From an uncultured Rivularia sp. (GTDB lineage: Bacteria; Cyanobacteriota; Cyanobacteriia; Cyanobacteriales; Nostocaceae): a DNA stretch of 64,000 nucleotides. A program made the position numbers and the translations under genes. The notes beneath the pieces were generated by a model. That model ran no database searches. It had not been told where the DNA came from and was given only the letters and a program-made list of their open reading frames with translations. Below, in pieces: positions 22,028-34,054 of this stretch (positions within the stretch are counted from its first letter, which is position 1; the number at the start of each line of letters is the position of its first letter). The DNA is taken from NCBI GenBank assembly GCA_963665115.1, contig OY762007.1, forward strand, positions 4,512,001-4,576,000. Reading direction: 5' to 3'.

Positions 22028-23630
22028 ATGAAAAACCAGCAAAAGAACTTCACCTTTAAGTATTTCAAGCCAGTAAAAGCAGTAATAATAATATTGATGC
22101 TTGTATTTAGCTTGCAGTTTACACATGCAATGGCTCAGTCTAATCAATTTGCTCCTGTAGCTATTGATGGTAAACAACTTTTCCGAGTTAGCGATACTAA
22201 TAGTGAACCCGCAAAAAAAAGGGCTGAATACATTAATCAGATTATTAAAGATGCTGTAGAATCCCAAAAAATCCCAGAAATAAGGGTTAAAGAAGGCGAA
22301 CAATATGCAAGAATAATAGTTGATGGTAAACCTATTACCGTTACAAATAAGGACGTGCTTTCTGCTGAAGATGCTAATAAGCAAGCTTACGTCTGGGCAG
22401 ACACAATTCGTCAAACAATAAACAAAGCCATAGAAGAAAGGAGTGAAAATTTTATTCGTAATACATTAATTTTAAGCTCCATTCTTTTGGTACTAACAAT
22501 AGCGCTTCATTTTGTTTTAGGGAAGGTATGGGAAATATTGCTACGTAATGTTTCTCCACTGGTAACTTCTGAGGATTCATCCGACCAAAATCAACAAAAA
22601 AATAGCTTAAACATACTGTCAAAAGCTACGTTGTTTTTAGCGCGAACGGCACTTTGGGTAGGTGTAGCTCTTTATATTACTAATCTATTTCCTTTAACGC
22701 GAAAATGGAGTTTTGATATTGCCGGTAGTATACAGAAAAGCCTGACTTCACCAATCTTTAAAGACTTTTCAGTTACAGGCATTTTAATCTTAATCGGTTT
22801 ATTTTTAGGGTTAATTGTACTTTCGGGTGCTGTAACTAATATATTGCGATCGCGAATTTTGCGAGTGCTGCGAATCAGTCGAGGAGCGCAAGAAGTTATT
22901 GCAATTGTTTTTAAATATACGTTTATTGGAGTAGGTTCAGTTGTTCTTCTGCAAATCTTCGGAGTTGATTTAAGTTCTTTAGCTATTTTAGCCAGTGCTT
23001 TGGGTGTTGGTATCGGTTTTGGTTTTCAAGACATAGCTAAAAACTTTGGTAGCGGACTTGTATTATTATTTGAAAGACCTATTCAAGCGGGTGATTTTAT
23101 TGAAGTTGCAAACTATATGGGAACTGTAGAAAGTATTGGTGCCCGTAGTGTAACGATTCGTACTTTAGACAGAGTTTCGATAATTGTACCAAACTCGCGT
23201 TTTTTAGAAGACGAAGTAATTAATTGGAGTCATCACAATCCGATTTCTCGGATTCACGTACCAGTAGGAGTTTCTTACAGTGCTGATGTCAAAATAGTAA
23301 AAAAAGCACTTTTAGAAGCAGGAAAAAATCATCCTGAAGTGCTTTCAGTTCCTCAACCCCAAGTATTGTTTAGCGGATTTGGTGACAGTTTCTTTAGATT
23401 TTCAGCTATTAGTATGGATAGACGCACCGAGCCATCAAGTATCTATTAAAAGCGATTTATGTTTCCGAATTGAAGCAAGTTTGAAAGAATATAATATTGA
23501 AATTCCATTCCCACAAAGAGACTTACATTTACGTACCGGAGAATTACCTCTCAAACTTTCACCAGAAATAGAACAAGCCTTATTACGAAATTCAGTACAA
23601 CAAAACGGAAAAAATGGGAATGGGGCATAG
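22028..23630 (+). CDS. MscS-family mechanosensitive channel with periplasmic N-domain (+1 frameshift near 23390)
   Basis: GVGIGFGFQDIAKNF, ERPIQAGD, IIVPNS, EIPFPQRDLH. Confidence 0.85.
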
Positions 23631-23963
23631 AGAATTGGGAATTAGGGATTGAAAATTGATTTCGCTCTGTTTATTTTTACCAAAGTACCTGTAGTGGGAG
23701 CATCTTGCTCCCTATTCTAAAAAATTAACAAATAAAATATTTTCAGGTATCAGTAAATAATATATTTTCAAATACCAATGAACCAAATATAATCATACAT
23801 CAGCAAATAAAATAATTTCCAATATCAATAAACGACATTCGTAAAGGCTAGCAGGCAAGATGCCCGCACTACAAAAAATAAATATATAACTAAAAAGATA
23901 CCCAATTACCAATTACCAATTACCCATGCCCAATGCCCAATGCCCAATTCCCAATGCCCAATA

Positions 23964-25151
23964 TTAAATTGTCACCGGAGCTTCAATATAAATATTCGGC
24001 TCCTGCATGACAAACTCGATACCAAAATTATTCAATTTTTGAGAAACCTTTTCATTTGCTAAATTTAATAATTGTTTTCTCAATTCAAGAGAATTTTGGT
24101 TTGAACCTAAAAGAAAGAAAGTAATTCTAGCTCTAGTATGTTCTGGTTGTAAATCTTTATCGGTAGTAAGATCGGTCATTGATGCATCAATTTTATCAGT
24201 AATATCAGCGTTCGTTGTATGAGTTGAGTTGAAGTCTTCAAAAACTACTTTTGTGCTATCAGGTTGTACCCCAAAAAGTGATTCCATACTGTCTTCAACT
24301 ACTTGTCTTACTAAAGCCTGTCCTTTATCAAGTAGCTTTTGATTGAAGTCAAGGTATAGCAACACCATGACTTTTTTTCCACGGGTTACATTTTCGATTT
24401 CTACATTGGCTAATATAGAATTAGGTACAATCATCAAAGTACTTTTACCAGAAGAACGAATTTTTGTAGAACGAAATCCGATAGATTCAACTCGTCCATA
24501 AATTTCGGCTCCGTAGCTACTCGATGCCGGTAAATGAATATATTCACCTGTAGTAAAAGGTCTATCTAAATATATAACAATAGTACCTAAAAACTGTTCC
24601 AAAGTTTTTTGCGCTGCAAAAGCAACTGCTAATCCACCAATTCCCAAACCAGTGATTAAACCAACTAAATTGAATCTATCGTTAGCAAAAGCTAAAACAG
24701 CAATAAATCCTATAGTCAGATTAACAATAGTTTCAACAATTAATAGTAAATCGTCAGCTTGATAGCCCAATTTACGAATAATAGTCACACCATATGTTCT
24801 AATTAGTTGCCGAAAAACACCGGAAGCTAAAAAAGCAATGCTGAGGATAACTGCTAATTGGAATACATCCTTTAAAAATTCATAGAAGCCTTTATACTCA
24901 GAAATTAGACCTAAAGATAATAAAATTAAGATTGAAGTACCAGCCCATTTTAAGGCTTGACGGTTTGTATAGATTAATTTTTCATAGATATCAGTTACTT
25001 GTGGAGGCAAGAAACGGTTGACAGCTACTTTAATTAGTAAGGGAGTGTATCTTCCGATAAACAAAGAAGCGATAACGCATAAAACAAATATTTCTAAGTT
25101 GCGGATATCTTCTCTTAATACAAAATCAAGTATTTGATTCATAATTTTCAT
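23964..25151 (-). CDS. MscS-family mechanosensitive channel
   Basis: GIGGLAVAFAAQKT, DRPF, GRVESIGFRSTKIR, IVPNS. Confidence 0.88.
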   Translation of the reverse strand: MKIMNQILDFVLREDIRNLEIFVLCVIASLFIGRYTPLLIKVAVNRFLPPQVTDIYEKLIYTNRQALKWAGTSILILLSLGLISEYKGFYEFLKDVFQLAVILSIAFLASGVFRQLIRTYGVTIIRKLGYQADDLLLIVETIVNLTIGFIAVLAFANDRFNLVGLITGLGIGGLAVAFAAQKTLEQFLGTIVIYLDRPFTTGEYIHLPASSSYGAEIYGRVESIGFRSTKIRSSGKSTLMIVPNSILANVEIENVTRGKKVMVLLYLDFNQKLLDKGQALVRQVVEDSMESLFGVQPDSTKVVFEDFNSTHTTNADITDKIDASMTDLTTDKDLQPEHTRARITFFLLGSNQNSLELRKQLLNLANEKVSQKLNNFGIEFVMQEPNIYIEAPVTI

Positions 25152-25159
25152 AATTAACT

Positions 25160-26261
25160 CTAAATTGTAACTGGCGCATCTACATAGATAGTTGGTTCTT
25201 CTATATTGAAATCGATACCGTATCCTTTCAACTTCTGATTAATAGTTTGTGTAGCCACATCAAGTAATTGCCGACGCAATTCCATCGATACTTTACCAGA
25301 ACCTAATATGAATAAGCTAACTTGAGCTTGAGTCTTTGGTTCGCTATTTTTATTTAGAGTTCTAAAATCTATACGAGTACTGCGTGAATCAAGTCCGAAA
25401 ATATCTTTTGTACTTGTTAAAACAACCTGTTCGATTAATGCTTGCTCTTTGGGTTCAATTTTACGAGTAAAGTTCAAAGAAAGAATTGAAATTACCTTTT
25501 TAGCACCAGAAAAGTTTTCGATACTCATTTGAGTTAGCGAATTATTCGGAATTACTATCACCGTTCCTTTACCAGAAGTCCTAATTTTTGTAGAAACGCC
25601 ATCCAATAGATTCAACTCGCCCAAATGTACCGTCTGGCAAGCCAATATAATCGTCAATATAAAAGGGATGGTCGATATATAATACGACACCACTAAGAAG
25701 CTGCTCTATTGTTGTTTTAGAAGCGAAAGCAACTGCAACACCACCAATCCCTAAACTAGCTAAGAAACTAAATATATTTATATTATGAGTTTGAGCAAAG
25801 AAAATAAATCCGCCAAAAATAATTGCTAAGTAAGCTGTATACTTTCCTAAATTTAGTAGTTCGCTGTTAGCTTTACGACCGCTTTTTAAAGCAGATTCTA
25901 AAATATATTCATCAATATACTTCCCAAATATGCGAGAAAATAACCAGCAAGCTTCTATAGTTAAAATTAAACTAATGATTTTTTCTATTACTGGATAATC
26001 ATCTAGTACGGGGACAAATAAAGCAACAATCTCCATAAATCCTAATCCGAAAGCAAGTCCAATTAATTGTCTGTAAGGTTGCAATAATTTTTCTGTTTTC
26101 TCACCAGCTTCGGAAGAAACAAACAAACCCAAGCACAACTTAGTTATCTGAGGAAAGACACGACCTGTAAAAAATGCTATAAAGCTAAATACTCCGACAA
26201 TAAATGTTAGTTGAATTTTGGCACTAAAAAAAATATTATTCGACAATAATTCCATCATCAA
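25160..26261 (-). CDS. MscS-family mechanosensitive channel (+1 frameshift near 25595)
   Basis: GIGGVAVAFAS, GRVESIGWR joins STKIRTSGKGT in the next frame. Confidence 0.85.
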
Positions 26262-26831
26262 AAAATCTCCTATATTTAAGGTATGAGTTACTAGATAAAA
26301 TTACCGATAATCCGCGAAAATCTAAATCATTGCGTCTCTACAACGTCTCAGCATATTCCCACACTTGTTTAAAATTTTACTAATTACTAAAAAAAAGTTT
26401 TGAACTTATAGTGTTTTCTAATACCTTAAACAATTTATTGCTGAAAGCATTGAATAAGTATAACCTGGTCTTTAATACAGTTTTTATAGATAGTCTGCCT
26501 TATTACTAAACCACTATAAAGTATTTTCTAAGTACAAAGCCTTTTTGTCTGCCAACCATATTACTTACCATTAATACTGAAAACATTGATGATAGTCAAA
26601 TTAATTGATACATTTCAACCAAAAAAACAGTGATTAATAATAGTTAAAGTAAAAATAAATACTACTATACTTTTTGATGTTTTACGTATGTGAGGGAAAT
26701 AGAGTTCATAAACTGCCTGTTATGGGCAAAAATTACAGCGTTAAGAAAAAATGTACTTATATGTGACTGCTAATCGAGTTAAAGTATTAAGTGCATCAAC
26801 AATTACCAATTAAGGTTATAGCATCAAAATT

Positions 26832-28998
26832 ATGAGCGATGCATATAATAGACTCGCACCTTTTATCCAGGAATATATTTACAATCATAACTGGACGGAA
26901 TTAAGACCAGTACAAGCCGCTGCTTGCAAGGTTATATTTGATACTAATGCCCATTTATTGGTAGCCGCAGGTACGGCTTCGGGCAAAACGGAAGCAGCTT
27001 TTTTACCTGTTTTAACTCACCTTTACGAAAATCCTTCTAAAACTGTAGGGGCAATTTATATAGGTCCAATTAAAGCATTAATCAACGATCAATTTGAACG
27101 TCTTAACGACTTATTAAGAGAAGCCGATATTCCAGTTTATCATTGGCATGGAGATGTTCCTCAAACTAGAAAAAAGCAGCTTTTAAAAAGCCCGTCGGGT
27201 ATTCTGCAAATAACACCAGAATCTTTTGAAAGTTTATTAATTAATAAGCATGAAGATTTAATTCGTCTTTTCGGTGATGTACGTTTTGTAGTCATCGATG
27301 AAATTCATGCTTTTATGGGTACCGAAAGAGGTTGTCAGATTCTTTGTCAGTTAGAAAGATTGGCAAATTTAACTAAAAATCAGCATCGTAGAATCGGATT
27401 GTCGGCGACTTTAGGCGATTATTCTCTTGCCGAAGACTGGTTAAGTTCCGGTACTGACAAATCAGTAATTACGCCAAAAATTGAGGCAGCAAAGCGACAA
27501 ATTAAATTAGCTTTAGAGCATTTTTATGTTCCGGAAAAAGCCGATGCAGAAATTACTGACTGCGACAAATATATTTTTAATTTAAGTCAATCTCGCAAAT
27601 GTCTTATCTTCGCTAACAATAAATCGCAAACCGAATCTGTAATTGCATCTTTACGTCAAATTGCTGTAAGTGAAAGACAACCAGATATTTATCACGTTCA
27701 TCATGGCAGTATATCGGCTTCACTCCGACAAATTGCCGAAAATGCCATGCGGGAACCCCATCAACCTGCGGTAACAGCTGCAACGTTGACTTTAGAAGTA
27801 GGTGTAGATATTGGCTATTTACAGCGAGTCATTCAGTTAGAATCGCCCTCTTCTGTAGCAAGTTTTTTACAGCGTTTAGGGCGCACCGGGAGAAGGGGAG
27901 AACCTGCCGATATGCGCTTTGTTTGTCCGGAAAAGCAGCCACCTTTAGAAGCACCACTTCCCAAACAAATTCCTTGGCAACTTTTACAGTCAATAGCAAC
28001 AATTCAACTTTATTTAGAAGACAAATGGATTGAACCAATTGAACCCATAAAATACCCATTAAGTCTGCTTTATCATCAAACGATGAGTATTTTGGCAGCA
28101 ACAAAAGAAATCTCACCATCTGCTCTTGCCCAAAAGGTGTTTAACCTATCATCTTTTCAATATATATCTCAAGAAAATTATAAATTATTGCTACGTTATT
28201 TAGTTAGCATTGACCATATCAATAAAACTGATTCAGGTAAATTAATACTTGGTTTAGCAGGTGAGAAAATAGTCAAAAGATTTCAATTTTACGCTGTATT
28301 TCCCGAAACTATTGAGTTTAGCGTTAAACATGATTCAACAGATATCGGTACTATTGTTATAGTGCCAAAAGTCGGTAGCCAATTCGGGTTAGCAGGAAAG
28401 ACCCTGGGAAGTCTTAGACGTAGATTTTTCTAAAAAAACAATATTTGTTAAACAAGTAGAAGGGAAAGCCGGTATATTTTGGCGCGGCGGTAATGGTGCA
28501 ATTCACAGCAAAATATTAGAACGTATGCGTCGCGTTTTATTAGAAGATACAGAGTATGCTTATTTGCAAACAAACGCTAAAAAAAGATTACAAGAAGCAC
28601 GTCAATTGGCTTCAGACTTTGAGTTAGATAAACGCAATATAGTCAAATTAGAAAAAGGGAAATGCTGTATTTTACCTTGGATGGGTACCGTTGCTTACAA
28701 CACTTTCCAGAGATTATTAAACAATTTTTGTCGGGAATCATTAGAAATTAAATCTCTTGGTGGAGTTAATCCTTATTTTATGATACTGAAATTAGGAAAA
28801 GGTAAATTTGAACAACTTAACGACGAAATTTTATCTTTGTGCGAACAACGTATAGTCAACGAACATTTAGTTGCAGATGCAGAAGCACCAGAAATACAAA
28901 AATACGATAAATATATTCCTCATCCATTATTACGAACTGCCTTTGCAAGCGATTATTTGAATATGGAAGAAGTTAGACAGCAAGTTGCGCTTTGGTAG
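26832..28998 (+). CDS. Lhr-like DEAD/DEAH helicase (Shango SngC-like), +1 frameshift near 28403
   Basis: GTASGKT, PIKALINDQ, DEIH, SAT, HHGS, QRLGRTGRR; frame continues through 28525-28998. Confidence 0.85.
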
Positions 28999-29063
28999 GA
29001 GAGATGGGGAGATGGGGATATATTACTTTTAACAACTAACAACTAACTACTAACAATATTCCC

Positions 29064-30647
29064 ATGTACGATTATGTAATTGTTGGTGCAGGCTCTGCTG
29101 GTTGTGTATTAGCCAATCGTTTGACAGAAAATCCTCAAGTAAAAGTATTGCTTTTGGAAGCTGGTAGCCCGGATAAATCTCTAAAATTTAAAATTCCTGC
29201 GGGTTATCCAGATTTATTTAAAACTAAATATGATTGGGCTTTTTATACAGAAAAACAATCTAATTTGAATAACCGTCAACTTTATTTTCCTCGGGGAAAA
29301 GTTCTTGGTGGAAGTAGTTCAATTAATGCCATGATTTATATTCGAGGCAATTCAGATGACTACGATAACTGGCAGAATTTAGGCAATCAAGGATGGAGTA
29401 GTAAAGAAGTACTTACCTATTTTAAAAAAGCCGAAAACCAATCCAGAGGTGCCAACGAATATCACAATATAAAAGGACTTCTTCATGTTACCGATTTGCG
29501 CGATCGCAATATTCTATCTGAGATTTTTCTCCAAGCAGCAATGCAATTTGGACTAATTCACAACAATGATTTTAATGGAATACAGCAGGAAGGAGTAGGC
29601 TTCTATCAAGTTAATCAAAAACAACAGCAACGTCACAGTGCTGCTACTGCTTATTTAAAACCTGTATTATCTAGAAAAAATTTAACTGTTAAAACTAATT
29701 CGCACGTTACACGTATATTATTCTCAGGAAAGCAAGTTATTGGTTTAATTTATAAAAATATAAATATAAATAAAAATACAGAACATGAAATTAAAATCAA
29801 TAAAGAACTTATACTAAGTGCCGGAGCAATTAATTCTCCTCAATTATTGATGATTTCTGGAATTGGCTGTTCCAAACATCTAAAATCATTGAATATTCCA
29901 GTATTAATGGATTTACCTGGTGTAGGGCAAAATTTACAAGACCATTTATTTGTATCGATTGCCTATAAATGTACAAAGCCAATTACCCTAGCTAATGGCG
30001 ATAAACCACATAATCTTCTCAAGTATTTACTCTTCAAAAAAGGAGCATTAACTTCAAATATAGCTGAAGCTGGCGGGTTTTTAAAAACCGCAGAAAATTT
30101 AAATAATGTTAATCTCCAATTACATTTCGCTCCCGGTTGTTTAATAAATCACGGTTTTACGAAGCGTAAAGAACACGGATTTACTTTATGTCCCACTCTT
30201 CTATATCCTCAAAGTAAAGGTAAAATTACTCTACGCTCAAAAAACCCTTTAGAGCCACCAATTATTCAACCTAACTTTCTTGCAAATAAACAAGATTTAG
30301 AAACTCTATTGGCAGGAGTGAAAATAAGTCGTAAAATTTTACAACAACAAGCATTTGACCAATTTAGAGGAGAAGAAATTGTCCCCGGTTCGCAAATTCA
30401 ATCAAATGAAGATATTGATACTTTTATTCGTAATACCGCAGAAAGTTTATATCATCCAGTCGGAACTTGTAAAATGGGTAATGACTCAATGTCGGTAGTT
30501 AATTCAAAACTACAAGTTCATGGACTAAAAGGACTAAGAGTTGTAGATGCTTCGATAATGCCTAATATCATTGGCGGTAATACAAATGCCCCTACAATTA
30601 TGATTGCTGAAAAAGCTGCCGACACGATCAAATCAATGAACAATTGA
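29064..30647 (+). CDS. GMC oxidoreductase (choline dehydrogenase-like)
   Basis: GAGSAG, GKVLGGSSSINAM, NLQDH, YHPVGTC, GNTNAP. Confidence 0.92.
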   Translation: MYDYVIVGAGSAGCVLANRLTENPQVKVLLLEAGSPDKSLKFKIPAGYPDLFKTKYDWAFYTEKQSNLNNRQLYFPRGKVLGGSSSINAMIYIRGNSDDYDNWQNLGNQGWSSKEVLTYFKKAENQSRGANEYHNIKGLLHVTDLRDRNILSEIFLQAAMQFGLIHNNDFNGIQQEGVGFYQVNQKQQQRHSAATAYLKPVLSRKNLTVKTNSHVTRILFSGKQVIGLIYKNININKNTEHEIKINKELILSAGAINSPQLLMISGIGCSKHLKSLNIPVLMDLPGVGQNLQDHLFVSIAYKCTKPITLANGDKPHNLLKYLLFKKGALTSNIAEAGGFLKTAENLNNVNLQLHFAPGCLINHGFTKRKEHGFTLCPTLLYPQSKGKITLRSKNPLEPPIIQPNFLANKQDLETLLAGVKISRKILQQQAFDQFRGEEIVPGSQIQSNEDIDTFIRNTAESLYHPVGTCKMGNDSMSVVNSKLQVHGLKGLRVVDASIMPNIIGGNTNAPTIMIAEKAADTIKSMNN

Positions 30648-30969
30648 CAATTATCAAAATCCGCCTTTTTATATTTAATAAATTCATAACTGAGAATTAA
30701 CCCTGTCTGCGACATAAATAGGTATTATGACTTAAGACAGATGCAAAGCACATATTATTGCTAATGAAATACTTAACAGATAGTAATTCTCATCAATTAA
30801 TTTTAAATTAATTTAGTTTTTCAATTTAAATTAAAGCTAGTTAAAAAAAAAACTGTGATGCTGTGATAATCTTATCTACGAATAGACATAACTAGTTTTT
30901 TAATATACTGTTGCTTTCATATTGATTTTGATACGCTAGGAGTATTGAAGTAATGGGCTTAATTGATTT

Positions 30970-31797
30970 ATGCACTGGTTACTGACCGGACGATTAGCTG
31001 TAGAAAAAATAACAGTTCGGATTCCAGATTTGCCAGCATCGTTAAAAGGCATCCGCATAGTGCAAATGACAGATTTTCACTATGACGGCTTACGTTTATC
31101 AGAGAAAATGTTAGAGAAAGCCATAATTGCTAGCAACGAAGCGGAACCCGATATAGTAGTTCTGACTGGTGATTATGTAACTGACGATCCAAATCCGATC
31201 GATAAATTAGTCCTTCAACTCAAGCATTTACAAAGTCGCTGCGGTACCTATGCAGTGCTTGGCAATCACGATATACATTACGCTCATTCAAAAGCAAAAA
31301 TTACATCTGCTTTTACCAGGGTTGGAATTGAAGTACTCGAAAACGAAATTGCTTATCCGTTAGGAAAAGAATTACCACTAATAGGGCTTGGTGAATTTTG
31401 GTCTACTGATTTTAAGCCAGAATTAGTCATGAACCAGTTAAATCCAGCAAAACCGCGCATAGTTTTATCACATAATCCCGATACCGCCGATATATTACGA
31501 CAGTGGCGAGTAGACTTACAACTATCCGGTCATACCCACGGTGGTCATATTGTAATCCCCGGTATTGGCCCTGCGATCGCAGCTTATAGCAATATTGTTC
31601 GCAGTATGCCCAGAAAATTGCGCCGTAAAATGCCATTTGTAAAAACAGAATTTTTCAAAGTAGTCAGAAATTGGCAATGGGCAAAAGGATTTCATCAAGT
31701 CGGCAGCAATCAACTATACGTTAATCGTGGCTTAGGAACCTATTTACCGGGAAGACTTTTTTGTAACCCAGAAGTCACCGTTATTACCCTGGAGTAG
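30970..31797 (+). CDS. calcineurin-like metallophosphoesterase
   Basis: DFH, GDYV, GNHD, SHNP, GHTH. Confidence 0.9.
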   Translation: MHWLLTGRLAVEKITVRIPDLPASLKGIRIVQMTDFHYDGLRLSEKMLEKAIIASNEAEPDIVVLTGDYVTDDPNPIDKLVLQLKHLQSRCGTYAVLGNHDIHYAHSKAKITSAFTRVGIEVLENEIAYPLGKELPLIGLGEFWSTDFKPELVMNQLNPAKPRIVLSHNPDTADILRQWRVDLQLSGHTHGGHIVIPGIGPAIAAYSNIVRSMPRKLRRKMPFVKTEFFKVVRNWQWAKGFHQVGSNQLYVNRGLGTYLPGRLFCNPEVTVITLE

Positions 31798-31799
31798 AA

Positions 31800-31960
31800 G
31801 GAGGGGGAGAGGTAGGAGAGCGGGAGATGGGGGGACAAGGAGACAAGGAGACAGGGTAGAAATAAAACTCCCAACTACTTACTATTCACAACTCACTCCC
31901 AACTACTCACTACTCTCTACTCACTACTTACTACTCACTCCCAACTCCCAACTACTCACT
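31800..31960. repeat. purine-rich tract followed by C/A-rich heptamer repeats
   Basis: GGAGACAA repeats then ACTCACT/CCCAACT units. Confidence 0.8.
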
Positions 31961-32025
31961 GCTCGCTGTTCACTGAAAACTGGTGATAGACTAAAAGCGC
32001 TGGAACAAGGGGCAATATTAGCGCT

Positions 32026-32854
32026 ATGCATTGGTTGTTAACTGGTCCTTTAAGTTTAGAAAAACTCACGGTTAAGATAGAGGGTTTGCCAGCATCTACT
32101 AAGGGTACTCGTATAGTGCAGCTTTCGGATTTGCACTACGACGGTTTGAGGTTATCGGAAGAAATGTTAGAACAGGGCCATTATCACCAGCAATGAAGCT
32201 GAACCGGATTTGGTTGTTTTAACTGGTGACTACGTGACTGACGATCCCGCACCAATATATAAGTTAGTTAAAAGACTTAAGAATTTAAAATCTCGCGCTG
32301 GTATATATGCCGTACTAGGCAATCATGATATTCGCTACCGTACTGCAAAGGCAGAGGTAACAGCGGCACTTACAAGTATTGACATTAAAGTTCTCTGGAA
32401 TGAAATTGCTTATCCTTTAGGAAAAGATTTACCCTTAGTTGGATTAGCAGAATATTGGTCAAAAGAATTTAAGCCTGCATCGGTAATGAATCGGTTAGAC
32501 GATGAAACACCGCGTATTGTTTTATCCCATAATCCCGATACTGCCCAAATATTGCAGCAGTGGCGAGTAGATTTGCAATTATCAGGGCACAGTCACGGAG
32601 GACAAATTGTATTACCCGATATTGGACCTTTAGTAGTTTACTACAAAGAATTAGTTCGCATAATTCCCAAAGAAGTGCGGCAATTAATTCCATTTCTACG
32701 ACCAGATTATGTAAAAGTTCTCCGTCATTGGGAATGGGCGCAGGGATTTCACAAAGTAGGTAAAAATCAGCTATACGTCAACCGTGGCTTAGGAACTTAT
32801 TTTCCAGGACGCTTGTTTTGTCCGCCGGAAGTTACTGCGATTACCTTGGAGTAA
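32026..32854 (+). CDS. metallophosphoesterase, tandem paralog (+1 frameshift near 32176)
   Basis: ATG at 32026 gives MHWLLTGPLSLEK..DLHYDG; shifts at CAGGGCC into ORF 32210-32854. Confidence 0.85.
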
Positions 32855-32929
32855 GGGGATGGGGAGATGGGGGTATGGGGAGACAAGCGGACAAGGAGAT
32901 GGGGAGAGGGGGTAGAAAAACCTTAAATT

Positions 32930-33152
32930 CTTAACTCCTAACTCCTAACTCCTAACTCACTACTCCCTACTCCCTACTCACTACTCCCTACTCATAACTC
33001 ATAACTCATAACTCCTAACTCACTACTCCTAACTCACTACTCCCTACTCCCTACTCATAACTCATAACTCATAACTCACTACTCACTACTCCTAACTCAC
33101 TACTCCCTACTCCCTACTCATAACTCATAACTCCCTACTCCCTACTACTAAC
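32930..33152. repeat. mixed heptamer array (ACTCCTA/ACTCATA/ACTCACT/ACTCCCT)
   Basis: about 30 tandem 7-mers. Confidence 0.92.
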
Positions 33153-33154
33153 TA

Positions 33155-33209
33155 AATAAACCGCCTTTAGTTATGACCGAAAGATGTCAGTAATTAAAGG
33201 CGGCTTATT
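33155..33209 (-). terminator. strong hairpin, likely intrinsic terminator
   Basis: AATAAACCGCCTTTAGTTA..TAATTAAAGGCGGCTTATT; U-rich tail on the minus strand. Confidence 0.6.
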
Positions 33210-33804
33210 AAATATTTAGTAGATTGAAAAGAGTTGAAAATCAGAGTTTAGTTTTAAAATAGGTGAACCAGAATCGCAATTTCAGAAAAGTTTTTTACGT
33301 AATGTACATCCTGAATAATTTACTATCTAAGCAGTATTTTTTGTCTGCTTGCCGAAAACCTCCAAACTTACTTATTAATAGACTCAAGGCGAAAACACAG
33401 CATTTATTTTTTGTCGGATGTAACAATCGAAAAACTATTGCGATGGGATTAGAGCGGGAGACACTAACTCTAATCGAAAGATTTATTTGTAAGAGTTGTA
33501 ACTTGCTCGTGTCTTACTTATAAAATTAGCATCCGTTTTCTATAAAAATGACCAATAGTTACAGTCCGTAACTATTGGTAAACTTTCGCAATATTTGTCT
33601 AATTTATTTAATCATGACAATAGCAATTACTCATGTTTTTTCCTTGAAAAGTACTTTATCTTTCGCTAACTCACATCTTGCACCGCTTTCAAAAACCTGG
33701 TTTCTAAAGGCTCGTTGAGAGAACAAATATTTTGCTTAACAAAAAGATATAGAGACGAAGCTTTAGCTAAGTCTCTAGAAACGAATTAGTTATATTGGAA
33801 GTCC

Positions 33805-34054
33805 GTGACGCACCTACATCAAATCTGAGATTATGATGTAGGCTTCTCAGCGACTCGTCTTTGACGACATTGACTGAGCTTTGAAGCCCTACGCCCTAGG
33901 GACTTTTTATCAGATTGGTTTTTCATTAGTAGGCTGCATTTCGCGCATTTAATTGGATTACACCTACCAATTCGATAATACCACAAATCTATAAGGTCGC
34001 TTTCATCTCACCGCTTCCCTTACGGGTAAGCGGGAGACTTTCCACAACCGAATG
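33805..34054 (-). mobile_element. non-autonomous IS200/IS605-family derivative (left-end hairpin, omegaRNA-like region, right-end hairpin; no ORF)
   Basis: minus strand TTTAA|CATTCGG..TCTCCCGCTTACCCGTAAGGGAAGCGGTGAGATGAAAGCGACC ... GAGAAGCCTACATCATAATCTCAGATTTGATGTAGGTGCGTCAC. Confidence 0.7.

Noticed and set aside
33263..33523. 86-aa plus-strand ORF
   Set aside because: GTG start, no recognisable motif; opposite-strand RNA features are more convincing
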